Shown piece by piece: positions 10,462 to 19,452 of a DNA stretch of 48,101 bases. Each line of letters opens with the position of its first letter. The stretch's first letter is position 1. The stretch is from a virus (Duplodnaviria; Heunggongvirae; Uroviricota; Caudoviricetes). The notes beneath the pieces were generated by a model, which was not told the DNA's origin, ran no database searches, and worked only from the letters and a program-made list of their open reading frames with translations. Both the position numbers and the translations under genes were made by a program. The stretch lies in the IMG/VR virus record IMGVR_UViG_2939521961_000008; one strand, written 5' to 3'.

Positions 10462-11208
10462 ATGAAAAATATTGCGACAGGCGACGTTCTTGAACGTATC
10501 CGCAGACTGGCCCCGTCACATGTAACCGCGCCATTCAAGACGGTAGCGGAGTGGCGCGAGTGGCAACTTTCCGAAGGCCAGAAACGTTGTGAGGAGATCA
10601 ACCGTCAGAATCGTCAGTTGCGGGTGGAAAAAATTCTGAATCGCTCTGGCATCCAGCCATTGCACCGCAAATGCTCGTTTTCGAATTACCAGGTGCAGAA
10701 CGAAGCGCAGCGATACGCGTTGAGTCAGGCGAAATCCATCGCTGATGAACTGATGACCGGGTGTACAAATTTTGCGTTCAGCGGAAAACCTGGTACCGGG
10801 AAGAACCACTTAGCGGCAGCTATCGGGAATCGCCTGCTGAAAGACGGTCAGACAGTGATTGTGGTTACCGTGGCTGATGTTATGAGTGCCCTGCACGCCA
10901 GCTATGACGATGGGCAGTCAGGCGAAAAATTTTTGCGGGAACTATGCGAAGTGGATCTGCTGGTTCTTGATGAAATTGGCATTCAGCGCGAGACGAAAAA
11001 CGAGCAGGTGGTGCTGCACCAGATTGTTGATCGCCGGACAGCGTCGATGCGCAGCGTGGGGATGCTGACAAACCTGAACTATGAGGCCATGAAAACATTG
11101 CTCGGCGAGCGGATTATGGATCGCATGACCATGAACGGCGGGCGATGGGTGAATTTTAACTGGGAGAGCTGGCGTCCGAATGTCGTCCAGCCAGGAATTG
11201 AGAAGTAA
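10462..11208 (+). CDS. ydaV: DnaC-like helicase loader (AAA+ ATPase), 248 aa
   Basis: Walker [16 protein letters not shown] and Walker B LLVLDEIG motifs; follows the ydaU-like gene. Confidence 0.85.
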   Translation: MKNIATGDVLERIRRLAPSHVTAPFKTVAEWREWQLSEGQKRCEEINRQNRQLRVEKILNRSGIQPLHRKCSFSNYQVQNEAQRYALSQAKSIADELMTGCTNFAFSGKPGTGKNHLAAAIGNRLLKDGQTVIVVTVADVMSALHASYDDGQSGEKFLRELCEVDLLVLDEIGIQRETKNEQVVLHQIVDRRTASMRSVGMLTNLNYEAMKTLLGERIMDRMTMNGGRWVNFNWESWRPNVVQPGIEK

Positions 11209-11230
11209 TTTTTACCGGGAGGAAATTTTT

Positions 11231-11992
11231 ATGGAGACTGTTTTTGACGCACTGAAAGCAATGGGAAAAGCCACATCCATAGAACTTGCTGCGCGACTTG
11301 ATATCAGTCGTGAAGAAGTGCTGAACGAACTATGGGAACTGAAAAAAGCTGGTTTCGTTGATAAAAGCGCGTACACCTGGCGTGTGGCTGATAACAACGT
11401 TCAGCAGGAACAGCCAATGCAGGCAGAACTGCCGGAAGAAACCACCACGGCAACAGAAGCGAAAATCTCAGAGTGCGATTTAACCGCGACGATTGAACAA
11501 CGCGGACCACAAACGGCGGATGAACTGGCTACGCTGTTCGGTACAACATCCCGCAAAGTTGCTTCAACGCTGGCAATGGCAATCAGCAAAGGTCGTCTGA
11601 TTCGCGTAAACCAGAACGGTAAAATTCGTTACTGCATACCAGGTGATAATTTACCAGCAGAGCCGAAAGTTGAATCGGTAGCGGAAACTGATGGTAAAGC
11701 CTTTCCTCAGCCAGCCGGTGTTGCGTTACCAGTACAGGAAGCGGCAACACAGGAAGATATTAAAACAGAAACTGTGGCGGACATTGTGCAGTCGCTGCCA
11801 TCGTTTACTGAAACGCAAGCGGATGACCTAGTTTTACCATCGCTGCATATGGCAAACCGCGAACTGCGTCGGGCGAAAAATCATGTCCAGAAGTGGGAGC
11901 GAGTCTGCGCCGCGCTGCGGGAGCTGAACAAGCACCGGGATATTGTCCGACAGATTGTCGATTCCTCCAGTCGTATTGTGTCGGAAAAGTGA
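11231..11992 (+). CDS. hypothetical protein with two winged-helix-like segments and a C-terminal helical region
   Basis: ATG preceded by GGGAGG; segments [30 protein letters not shown] and [32 protein letters not shown]. Confidence 0.55.
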   Translation: METVFDALKAMGKATSIELAARLDISREEVLNELWELKKAGFVDKSAYTWRVADNNVQQEQPMQAELPEETTTATEAKISECDLTATIEQRGPQTADELATLFGTTSRKVASTLAMAISKGRLIRVNQNGKIRYCIPGDNLPAEPKVESVAETDGKAFPQPAGVALPVQEAATQEDIKTETVADIVQSLPSFTETQADDLVLPSLHMANRELRRAKNHVQKWERVCAALRELNKHRDIVRQIVDSSSRIVSEK

Positions 11993-12007
11993 TTGCCGGA
12001 GGCGCTT

Positions 12008-12430
12008 ATGGCAAAAGTTTTTACACAGGAAGAGCGTGAAAAAATTAAGGAGCAGGTTGTTGAGTTGGTACGCCAGAGTGGGCGCGAGACGTTAAGGCAA
12101 CTGGAGGCCAAGACAGGTGCGACAAGATATCTGATGAGCATTCTTGCCAGAGAGTTGGTTGCCAGTGGCGATGTATACAACTCTGGCTATGGGTTATTCC
12201 CGTCTGAACAGGCTCGTAAGGATTGGAAAAACGCCCGCAAAAAACTATCCAGGGCAAAGGTGAAAAAAACGGTTGTGGTTGATCCTGACCTTATCTGGTC
12301 ATTACCAGACGGAGAAATACGCCGCTATGACAGGCGTCAGAACATAATTTGTCGTGAGAGCAGGAGGAGCGAAGTTATGCAGCGTGTGCTGGCGTTCTAT
12401 CGGGGAAACTTTCAGGAGGTGATGGAGTGA
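12008..12430 (+). CDS. hypothetical protein
   Basis: ATG at 12008 preceded by GGAGG; ORF track frame 11993..12430. Confidence 0.5.
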   Translation: MAKVFTQEEREKIKEQVVELVRQSGRETLRQLEAKTGATRYLMSILARELVASGDVYNSGYGLFPSEQARKDWKNARKKLSRAKVKKTVVVDPDLIWSLPDGEIRRYDRRQNIICRESRRSEVMQRVLAFYRGNFQEVME

Positions 12431-12723
12431 GGGTGAGAGTTTATATTGCCGGTCCAATGACGGGATATGAAAATTTCAACCGTGAGGCATTTCACAAGGT
12501 GGAAGAGGAACTGAAACGGGAAGGGCATACCGTCTTAAACCCGGCAGTACTTCCGGACGGGCTGACACAGCCGCACTACATGGATATTTGCATGGCAATG
12601 ATTCGTTGTGTGGATGCGATTTACATGCTGAATGGCTGGCAGCGGTCAGCGGGCGCTAAGGCAGAGCTGGCACTGGCGGAGAAACTGGGGCATGCGGTGA
12701 TTTATCAGGAGGTGGCTCAATGA
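12427..12723 (+). CDS. DUF4406-family protein (nucleoside 2-deoxyribosyltransferase-like fold)
   Basis: 98 aa, VYIAGPMTG...NPA motif pattern typical of this family; GTG start overlapping upstream stop. Confidence 0.65.
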   Translation: MRVRVYIAGPMTGYENFNREAFHKVEEELKREGHTVLNPAVLPDGLTQPHYMDICMAMIRCVDAIYMLNGWQRSAGAKAELALAEKLGHAVIYQEVAQ

Positions 12724-13181
12724 GAGAGGTTAACTATGAGGCGCTTCGTGAGGCAGCACAAAACTATCAGTCGACGCTGGCGTGGTATCAGGCTACCCCG
12801 GACAGCCCAAATGCTGAACGGGATTGTGATGCGGCTCTTGCTGCGTTTAAGCGTCATATCCGTCATCGGGAAGCGGATATTATCGCTGGTTTGCTGGATG
12901 GACTGGAAGAAGCAAAATCACAACTCAACGAGCAGCGTGAGTATTACGAAGGCGTTATCTCTGATGGGAGCAAGCGTATTGCTGAACTGGATGCGCGGGA
13001 AGTTCAATTACCGACTCGCTACGACCTTCGATATGGACACCCGATAAATGCAGATGAGCGACATGTCATGATACCTAAAGAAAATGGCAGTTGGCTTTAC
13101 CTGATTGACCTAGAACACGCATTACGCGTCGCTGGCATTCGCATCAAAGGAGAGGAGCATGGAAATAAAACCAGAGGATGA
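12720..13181 (+). CDS. hypothetical protein
   Basis: 153-aa ORF, ATGA overlap with upstream gene, RBS GGAGG. Confidence 0.5.
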   Translation: MREVNYEALREAAQNYQSTLAWYQATPDSPNAERDCDAALAAFKRHIRHREADIIAGLLDGLEEAKSQLNEQREYYEGVISDGSKRIAELDAREVQLPTRYDLRYGHPINADERHVMIPKENGSWLYLIDLEHALRVAGIRIKGEEHGNKTRG

Positions 13182-13515
13182 GTTAAGCAATATCGTTTTA
13201 TTTCCGGTAAAAGAGGATGACCCTCGTAATCAGGTTAATTTTCTTTATGAGCCATCGGAAAGACCATATTGTCATCACGCCTCTGTCCGGGTTGACGAAA
13301 AAGAGCGTCAGGTCCGCTGTAAAATCTGCGGTGCAGTTGTGGAGCCATTTGACTGGATGCTCTCTGTGGCGAAAAGAGAAACTAGGCTGGCAGATGATGT
13401 AAAGCTATTGCGCCAGGAGGAACAGGAAAGGCGGAAAAATATAGAAAAGTTAATTCAGATTGAGCGTAACGCGAAAGCGCGGATACGCAGGGTGACAAAA
13501 TCCAGAACTGAATAA
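13159..13515 (+). CDS. hypothetical protein with possible zinc ribbon (CHH...CKICG) and basic coiled-coil tail
   Basis: 118-aa ORF with GGAGAGGAG RBS. Confidence 0.5.
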   Translation: MEIKPEDELSNIVLFPVKEDDPRNQVNFLYEPSERPYCHHASVRVDEKERQVRCKICGAVVEPFDWMLSVAKRETRLADDVKLLRQEEQERRKNIEKLIQIERNAKARIRRVTKSRTE

Positions 13516-13565
13516 ATAAATTTAGCGCTGTAAATAAAATCTAATCCTTAACTGGAGGTATATTT

Positions 13566-13778
13566 ATGTTAAATACACAGAAAGCCATTAATGCGGAAAA
13601 ATATAACGAGTGGGCAAGAAAATTCTCTGAGCAGATTTTTAAAATTACTGGCGATGAGAATGCGGCAAAAAATGAATTAGAACCGTGGACGCCTGAAGGA
13701 GCCGACCCAAATTATTGCTGGAGGGAGGTTGATCCAGTTGATGCTGCAAATGAAGCTATGAGTTATCACAACGATTAA
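13566..13778 (+). CDS. hypothetical protein, 70 aa
   Basis: RBS CTGGAGGT upstream; followed by a CCGCCC-GAAA-GGGCGG hairpin. Confidence 0.5.
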   Translation: MLNTQKAINAEKYNEWARKFSEQIFKITGDENAAKNELEPWTPEGADPNYCWREVDPVDAANEAMSYHND

Positions 13779-14029
13779 TGTCAGGAGGCCGCCCGAAAGG
13801 GCGGTAATGAATGGTCACATTATTTAGAAAAAATATCCGCGAAAGAGTAGAACAACAGAATTTCTGTTTCTCATTCTGTTTATCGTGTTGATGATACCGA
13901 TATCCCCGTTAATCCTAGTCTGGATAATCGGAAAAATAATTGAGCCAGTTATTGAATTGTATAACGACGTGGTATGGGCGTCATTCAACACACTGCACAA
14001 TAAAATTAATCCGTATAAGGAAAACTGAT

Positions 14030-14293
14030 ATGGCAACTTTGACAAAAAAAGAACGGGCATGGTTGAACGAATTACAGGAAGTTCTTGATCGCTGTCCATC
14101 ACCGAAAAAAATTGGCTTTTACACCATTGGCGATAAAAGCATTTACCTGTATGACCTACGCCGCATGGATGAAATCATGGAGGCTCTTGATAATCGTTCG
14201 TCGATGGATTGGTGTGTTGCTGTTCATGATATGAATGCAGGGTTTGATGAAAAGATTTTGTTCCCCTCATCAGTTGAAAGCACTGCGGGTTAA
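14030..14293 (+). CDS. hypothetical protein, 87 aa (start at MATLTKKERAW)
   Basis: Internal Met of ORF 13940..14293 preceded by AAGGAAAA; same orientation as neighbours. Confidence 0.5.
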   Translation: MATLTKKERAWLNELQEVLDRCPSPKKIGFYTIGDKSIYLYDLRRMDEIMEALDNRSSMDWCVAVHDMNAGFDEKILFPSSVESTAG

Positions 14294-14303
14294 GGAGTAA
14301 CAC

Positions 14304-15173
14304 ATGACCACTATTACCAAAGAACGTATTGAATTGTTCATTAAAAATCCGCTTGAAAACGGGCTTACCCGTGGTGAACAAATGGAACTGGCACGGATTG
14401 CGCTGGCATCGCTGGAAGCAGAGCCGGTGGCAAAGATTATAGCTCATTACCCATTAGGGGTTGACGTAGGCAAACAAAAATTTGTACAGGCCATTAGAGA
14501 GCTTCCTGACTTTGGCGGATATCTATTTGCCGCCCCTCCAGCGCCGATAGTGCCGGAAGAAATGTATTGGCAGGATGCGCCAGTTGAAGGCAGCAGCAAA
14601 GCGGCTGCATACGCTACAGGCTGGAACGATTGCCGCGAAGCCATGTTTCAGTCCGGAAACTTTCGGGAAAATAAAGATTCGTCAACCAATAATTTTCGGA
14701 AAATCCCGGAAGCGTCAACCAGCTCTCCGGTAACTCCGGCTCTTCTGCCTGGTGGTTTCACCATTGAGGAGGCGAAGGAATTACATGAAGACCTGGCACG
14801 CAGCCACATAAGCAAGGCCTTAAGTGGCGAAAAGATGAAAAAGAAAGATCGCGATGCTGATTTGCGCTGGATTCATGGCGTTATAGTTCAGGCAGCGTGG
14901 TTTGTAAAAGCATCACTGGAGCAGAATGCACTATCGGGCAACTATCCGGTAACTCCGGATAGTTGGATAAGCTGTAGTGAGCGAATGCCGGATACCAAAA
15001 CAGCCGTTCTTGTTGCCAGGGATTTTGGCAGGAAAGGTGACTGGCGAATGAAATGGGCGACTTACATCCCGGGGCATCCTGACGCTAATGATGGGTGGAT
15101 AATACCTGGTGCGTCGTGGATACCATCACACTGGATGCCTCTACCAGAACCGCCGCAGGAGGTGCGCCAATGA
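14304..15173 (+). CDS. hypothetical phage protein with C-terminal DUF551-like domain
   Basis: Strong RBS TAAGGAG; C-terminal segment SWISCSERMPDTKTAVLVARDFGRKGDWRMKW...GWIIPGASWIPSHWMPLPEPP. Confidence 0.6.
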   Translation: MTTITKERIELFIKNPLENGLTRGEQMELARIALASLEAEPVAKIIAHYPLGVDVGKQKFVQAIRELPDFGGYLFAAPPAPIVPEEMYWQDAPVEGSSKAAAYATGWNDCREAMFQSGNFRENKDSSTNNFRKIPEASTSSPVTPALLPGGFTIEEAKELHEDLARSHISKALSGEKMKKKDRDADLRWIHGVIVQAAWFVKASLEQNALSGNYPVTPDSWISCSERMPDTKTAVLVARDFGRKGDWRMKWATYIPGHPDANDGWIIPGASWIPSHWMPLPEPPQEVRQ

Positions 15174-15639
15174 ACTGGCCTGAAGCATTTGCAATTACAG
15201 GCGTTGCTATGGCTATCGCTTTTTTAGTATATGTTATTTGTCGGTGAGGGTAAAAACGTTCGCCGGGATTAACACCAAAGGAGGGAATATGTCGGATGAT
15301 ATATCACTGGCAATGGAAGGTGCGCTGGCTGTTGTTGCTGTTGTGGGCGTTTACTGCCTGGTTGTGTTTTTGATGGATCGACTAGGGAACTGAATTCATT
15401 ACGATATGGGAATTCCCATATCGGGTAAAAACGGTTTGCGGGAAAAGGAGAGTTAAGTAGAATTGCTGCGGGTGCTTGAGGCTATCTGTCTCAGGCATGA
15501 ACACCAAAAGGCAGATAGAGAAAAGCCCCAGTTAACATTACGCGTCCTGCAAGACGCTTAACATTAATCTGAGGCCCAATCTATGTCTCACAAATGTAGG
15601 TTAGCCTCTTACGTGCCGAAAGGCAAGGAGAAGCAGGCT

Positions 15640-15795
15640 ATGAAGCAGCAAAAGGCGATGTTAATCGCCCTGATCGTCATCTGTTTAACCGTCATAGTGA
15701 CGGCACTGGTAACGAGGAAAGACCTCTGCGAGGTACGAATCCGAACCGGCCAGACGGAGGTCGCTGTCTTCACAGCTTACGAACCTGAGGAGTAA
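15640..15795 (+). CDS. hokD: Hok/Gef-family type I toxin (HokD/RelF-like), 51 aa; overlapping mok-like frame begins at 15583
   Basis: MKQQKAMLIALIVICLTVIVTALVTRKDLCEVRIRTGQTEVAVFTAYEPEE: single TM helix plus conserved Hok periplasmic tail; longer overlapping ORF in the same frame. Confidence 0.8.
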   Translation: MKQQKAMLIALIVICLTVIVTALVTRKDLCEVRIRTGQTEVAVFTAYEPEE

Positions 15796-15863
15796 GAGAC
15801 CCGGCGGGGGAGAAATCCCTCGCCACCGCTGATGTGTCAGGCATCCTCAACGCACCCGCACTT

Positions 15864-15890
15864 AACCCGCTTCGGCGGGTTTTGTTTTTT
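15864..15890 (+). terminator. rho-independent terminator after hok
   Basis: AACCCGC-TTCG-GCGGGTT hairpin followed by TTTGTTTTTT. Confidence 0.6.
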
Positions 15891-15962
15891 CTGGTCGTTC
15901 TGGTTTACAATCCATCCGTCAGCCTGAACAACTGGCACCTGCTGCGCCAGCAGAGAAAACAG

Positions 15963-16241
15963 ATGGCGCACGATACCAAATTTTACAATTCGGATAACTC
16001 TGCCGCCCCTGCCAGCAGGCACGGGCGGCGTTCCCGCACTTTCAAATCTGACTGGTTCCAGCACCCCCCATGCACTGAAGAACAGGCCGAGTGGCTAATT
16101 CAGTGCTACCGCAGACACGGATACGAGATTAAGAAAGCCCTCAGCCTCGATTATCGTCACTGGATAATCTCCGTCAGGCTTCCTTACTCCGAACGACCAC
16201 CGCGTCCGTCCCGCACATTCCAGCAACGCATCTGGAGGTAA
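15963..16241 (+). CDS. hypothetical protein, 92 aa (start placed after the hok terminator)
   Basis: ORF track frame 15834..16241 contains the terminator hairpin, so the Met at 15963 is preferred. Confidence 0.45.
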   Translation: MAHDTKFYNSDNSAAPASRHGRRSRTFKSDWFQHPPCTEEQAEWLIQCYRRHGYEIKKALSLDYRHWIISVRLPYSERPPRPSRTFQQRIWR

Positions 16242-16242
16242 C

Positions 16243-17292
16243 GTGCGGGTATTACTTCGACCTGTTCTGGTACCGGAACTCGGGCTGGTGATCGTTAAGC
16301 CGGGCCGTGAATCCATGCCGGTATTCCACAATACCCGGGTACTGGTGGAGCCGGAACCGAAAAGCATGCGTAATCTGCCGTCCGGGGTCGTTCCTGCCGT
16401 TCGCCAGCCGCTGGCGGAGGATAAATCACTGCTGCCATTTTTCAGCGATGAGCGGGTGATTCGTGCAGCTGGCGGCGCTGGTGCACTGTCTGACTGGTTA
16501 TTACGTCACGTGAAATCCTGCCAGTGGCCACACGGCGATTATCATCACAGCGAAACCGTTATTCACAGTTACGGTGCTGGCGCAATGGTGTTGTGCTGGC
16601 ACTGCGACAACCAGCTGCGCGACCAGACCTCCGAATCACTTGAGCAACTTACTCAACAAAATCTGACAGCCTGGATGATTGACGTCATACGCCATGTAAT
16701 GAATGGCACGCAGGAGCGGGAATTATCGCTGGCTGAATTATCCTGGTGGGCAGTCTGCAATCAGGTGGTGGACGCATTACCTGAGGCAGTATCGCGTCGC
16801 TCTCTGGGATTACCGGCGGAAAAAATCCGCTCCGTATACCGTGAAAGCGACATCATACCGGGAGAACAGACCGCCACCAGCATACTGAAGCAGCGCACAA
16901 AAAATATTGCGCTACCGCCTCACACCCACCAGCAACAGAACCCACCACAGGAAAAGACGGTGGTCAGCATTGCCGTTGATCCGGAGTCTCCGGAATCCTT
17001 CATGAAACGACCTAAACGTCGCCGCTGGGTAAATGAGAAATACACACGCTGGGTAAAGACACAGCCGTGTGCGTGTTGTGGTAAGCCAGCGGACGATCCT
17101 CATCATCTGATTGGTCATGGTCAGGGTGGAATGGGAACAAAATCCCACGATATTTTCACGCTACCGCTGTGTCGGGAGCATCACAACGAGCTTCATGCGG
17201 ATCCGCTGGCGTTCGAAGAAAAGCATGGTTCCCAGGTTGATTTAATTTTTCGTTTTCTTGATCACGCCTTTGCAACCGGCGTGCTCGGGTAA
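16243..17292 (+). CDS. ydfU: DUF968-family protein (YdfU-like) with C-terminal Cys/His motif
   Basis: 349 aa; GTG start after GGAGG; C-terminal CACCGKPADDPHHLIGHGQGGMGTKSHDIFTLPLCREHHNELH. Confidence 0.7.
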   Translation: MRVLLRPVLVPELGLVIVKPGRESMPVFHNTRVLVEPEPKSMRNLPSGVVPAVRQPLAEDKSLLPFFSDERVIRAAGGAGALSDWLLRHVKSCQWPHGDYHHSETVIHSYGAGAMVLCWHCDNQLRDQTSESLEQLTQQNLTAWMIDVIRHVMNGTQERELSLAELSWWAVCNQVVDALPEAVSRRSLGLPAEKIRSVYRESDIIPGEQTATSILKQRTKNIALPPHTHQQQNPPQEKTVVSIAVDPESPESFMKRPKRRRWVNEKYTRWVKTQPCACCGKPADDPHHLIGHGQGGMGTKSHDIFTLPLCREHHNELHADPLAFEEKHGSQVDLIFRFLDHAFATGVLG

Positions 17293-17304
17293 AAGAGGTT
17301 ACTG

Positions 17305-17679
17305 ATGCGTATAGAGTTTGTTTTGCTTTACCCGCCGACGGTGAACACCTACTGGCGACGTCGTGGCAGCACATATTTTGTATCAAAAGCCGGTGAGCGT
17401 TATCGCCGGGCTGTGGCGCTTATTGTTCGCCAGCAGCGGCTGAAATTAAGCCTGTCCGGAAGGCTGGCGATAAAGATTATTGCCGAGCCACCGGATAAGC
17501 GCCGCCGTGACCTGGACAATATTCTGAAAGCGCCGCTGGATGCGCTGACGCATGCGGGAGTGTTAATGGACGATGAGCAGTTTGATGAAATCAATATCGT
17601 TCGTGGTCAGCCAGTATCTGGTGGACGTCTGGGGGTGAAGATTTACCCCATAATGCTTGAAGGGCTGGTCAAAAAATGA
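17305..17679 (+). CDS. rusA: RusA-type Holliday junction resolvase
   Basis: 124 aa; conserved RRRDLDN acidic catalytic motif and overall RusA length. Confidence 0.85.
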   Translation: MRIEFVLLYPPTVNTYWRRRGSTYFVSKAGERYRRAVALIVRQQRLKLSLSGRLAIKIIAEPPDKRRRDLDNILKAPLDALTHAGVLMDDEQFDEINIVRGQPVSGGRLGVKIYPIMLEGLVKK

Positions 17680-18497
17680 AACTGGAAGATTTACCGAAAT
17701 ACTACTCCCCAAAATCCCCCGGCCTGACTGATGCATCGGCCTCAACGTCGAAAGATACGCTGAGTATCACTGATGTGATGGCCGCGCAGGGCATGACACA
17801 GAATTGGGCTGAGATGGGGTTTTCTGCGTTCCTTGGGAAAATGGGCATTAGTATGAATGACAGAGAGCGGGCAACAGAATTGCTGACAGAATATGCACTC
17901 AGTCGGTGTGATCGCGTGGCGGCGTTAAGAAAACTCCCGGCAGAAATAAAACCGGCAGTGATGCGTATTATGGCTTCGTATGCGTTTGAAGATTATGCCC
18001 GTAGCGCGGCGAGCAAAAAACAGTGCCCCTGTTGTCACGGAAAAAAATTTATTGAAAGCGAGGTTTTTACAAACAAGATCCAGTATCCGGATGGTAAGCC
18101 GCCAGTGTGGGCAAAGTGCACAAAAGGCGTGTATCCGTCTTACTGGGAGGAATGGAAAAAAGTCAGGGAGGTGGTAAAAGTTGCCTGTCCGGAGTGTGGA
18201 GGGAAGGGGGAGGTTTCCACCGCCTGTAAAGATTGTCGTGGGCGCGGTGTTGCCATTCATCGTGAAGAGTCGGTAAAACGTGGTATGCCTGTTATCAGAG
18301 ACTGCCAGCGTTGTGGTGGTCGTGGCTATGAAAGATTACCTTCAACGGAGGCATTTAATGCCATATGTAATGTAACCGATGCCATATCTCTTGATACATG
18401 GAAAAAAACAGTTAAACGTTTTTACGATACGCTGGTGGTGCAGTTTGATATTGAAGAAGCATGGGCAGAACAACAACTGAAAAAGGTGACCAGATAG
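17676..18497 (+). CDS. Q: late-gene antiterminator Q-like protein (Cys-rich zinc-binding type)
   Basis: 273 aa, multiple CxxC pairs (CPCCHGKK, CPECGGKG, CKDCRGRG, CQRCGGRG); immediately upstream of a promoter-plus-terminator arrangement. Confidence 0.65.
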   Translation: MKLEDLPKYYSPKSPGLTDASASTSKDTLSITDVMAAQGMTQNWAEMGFSAFLGKMGISMNDRERATELLTEYALSRCDRVAALRKLPAEIKPAVMRIMASYAFEDYARSAASKKQCPCCHGKKFIESEVFTNKIQYPDGKPPVWAKCTKGVYPSYWEEWKKVREVVKVACPECGGKGEVSTACKDCRGRGVAIHREESVKRGMPVIRDCQRCGGRGYERLPSTEAFNAICNVTDAISLDTWKKTVKRFYDTLVVQFDIEEAWAEQQLKKVTR

Positions 18498-18512
18498 CTT
18501 TGTTGATTTTTC

Positions 18513-18541
18513 CCGAATCTGTGGTAAATTTGCCCTAACGA
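18513..18541 (+). promoter_or_regulatory. candidate Q-dependent late promoter (PR'-like): TTGATT-N16-TAAATT
   Basis: Hexamers 16 bp apart directly downstream of the Q stop codon. Confidence 0.4.
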
Positions 18542-18578
18542 TGGGCGTTTTATGCCTGACGTTAGAAGATTTTTTACA

Positions 18579-18601
18579 CCCGTCGCCAGGCGGGTTTTTT
18601 T
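18579..18601 (+). terminator. rho-independent terminator (tR'-like) downstream of the late promoter
   Basis: CCCGTC-GCCA-GGCGGG hairpin followed by seven T. Confidence 0.6.
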
Positions 18602-18704
18602 ATGACTGAAATCACGCCAGTACAGTAAACGCGCTGGTGGTTGTGAATACCGGTCTTTCAGCTTGCTGGCTTTTTCGACAAGAGTTATTGGTGTGTCACG
18701 TTAA

Positions 18705-19097
18705 CCGGAAAAAGGAAAGTTTGAGAAACGCGATCTGGCACAGGCGGTTATTAATGCTGCCTACCTGGTGGCCTGTGCAGATGGTGAATGTGAGGCTTCC
18801 TAGAAAGCGAAGATCGAACAGGTACTGCGTAATCAGCCTGCGCTGTCCGCGTTTACGTCAGAAATTAATGCGATTAGCGCAACCATTATCGGTCAGCTGG
18901 ATACGAACTTTAAAATTGGTCGTCGTGCGGCGTTACGTGAGATCGAGGATGTGAAACACGATACGCGTGAAGCGGAAGATGTGCTGGATGTGGCGGTGGC
19001 CATTGCGGAGGCAGACGGCGAAATTGAGCCGGAAGAGCGCAAGGTGCTGGAAGAGATTGCCGGTGTTCTGGGTCTTCGTCTGGAGAATCACCAGTGA
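18705..19097 (+). pseudogene. TerB-like domain remnant: no start codon, in-frame amber at 18801-18803
   Basis: Frame translates ...AYLVACADGECEAS*KAKIEQVLRNQPALSAF...DVLDVAVAIAEADGEIEPEERKVLEEIAGVLGLRLENHQ, resembling the two ADG-x-E repeats of TerB/DjlA-N domains. Confidence 0.5.
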
Positions 19098-19261
19098 CGG
19101 TAAAACTGCGCCTGGCTGTGGCTGCACTCCTGCTGTTTCTGGTGGTGATGGTGGATTTCACCAGCAGAATCATGTCGGTGCTGGCGGATGGGGTGCTGGT
19201 CTGCGGCATTGTGGTATTGCTGTGGCCGGTGATAAAAAGAAACAGCCTGCATAATGCTTGA
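19094..19261 (+). CDS. candidate small membrane protein, 55 aa, two predicted TM helices
   Basis: GTG overlapping the TerB-like TGA (GTGA); MTVKLRLAVAALLLFLVVMVDFTSRIMSVLADGVLVCGIVVLLWPVIKRNSLHNA; not in the ORF track (under 60 aa). Confidence 0.35.
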   Translation: MTVKLRLAVAALLLFLVVMVDFTSRIMSVLADGVLVCGIVVLLWPVIKRNSLHNA

Positions 19262-19428
19262 TTTTTTTGTTTACTGTTTATTAAAAATACTACTGCATGG
19301 TGAATCCCCCTGTGCGGAGGGGCAATCAGCAACCAGGTATATGTGATAATCGCGGATTCAGGTGCTGATACTGAATTCACCGGGAGGCACCCGGCACCAT
19401 GCAAGAAAAAGAATGTGCATGCAAACAT

Positions 19429-19452
19429 GCCCCTCTCCGGAGGGGCTTTTTT
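19429..19452 (+). terminator. rho-independent terminator-like hairpin
   Basis: GCCCCTC-TCCG-GAGGGGC followed by TTTTTT. Confidence 0.5.

Noticed and set aside
13824-14102. 92-aa minus-strand ORF
   Set aside because: Antisense in a uniformly plus-strand block and overlaps two plus-strand genes; likely spurious.
18637-18954. 105-aa plus-strand ORF (GTG start)
   Set aside because: Alternative frame across the TerB-like remnant, Arg/Leu/Trp-rich; the TerB-like frame is the one with recognisable domain features.
18967-19254. 95-aa plus-strand ORF
   Set aside because: Overlaps the TerB-like end and the better-supported 55-aa membrane ORF in another frame; Trp/Arg-rich composition suggests noncoding.
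19292-19320. Hairpin CCCCT-GTGCGG-AGGGG
   Set aside because: Not followed by a T-run and not conserved elsewhere in the window; not called as a terminator.
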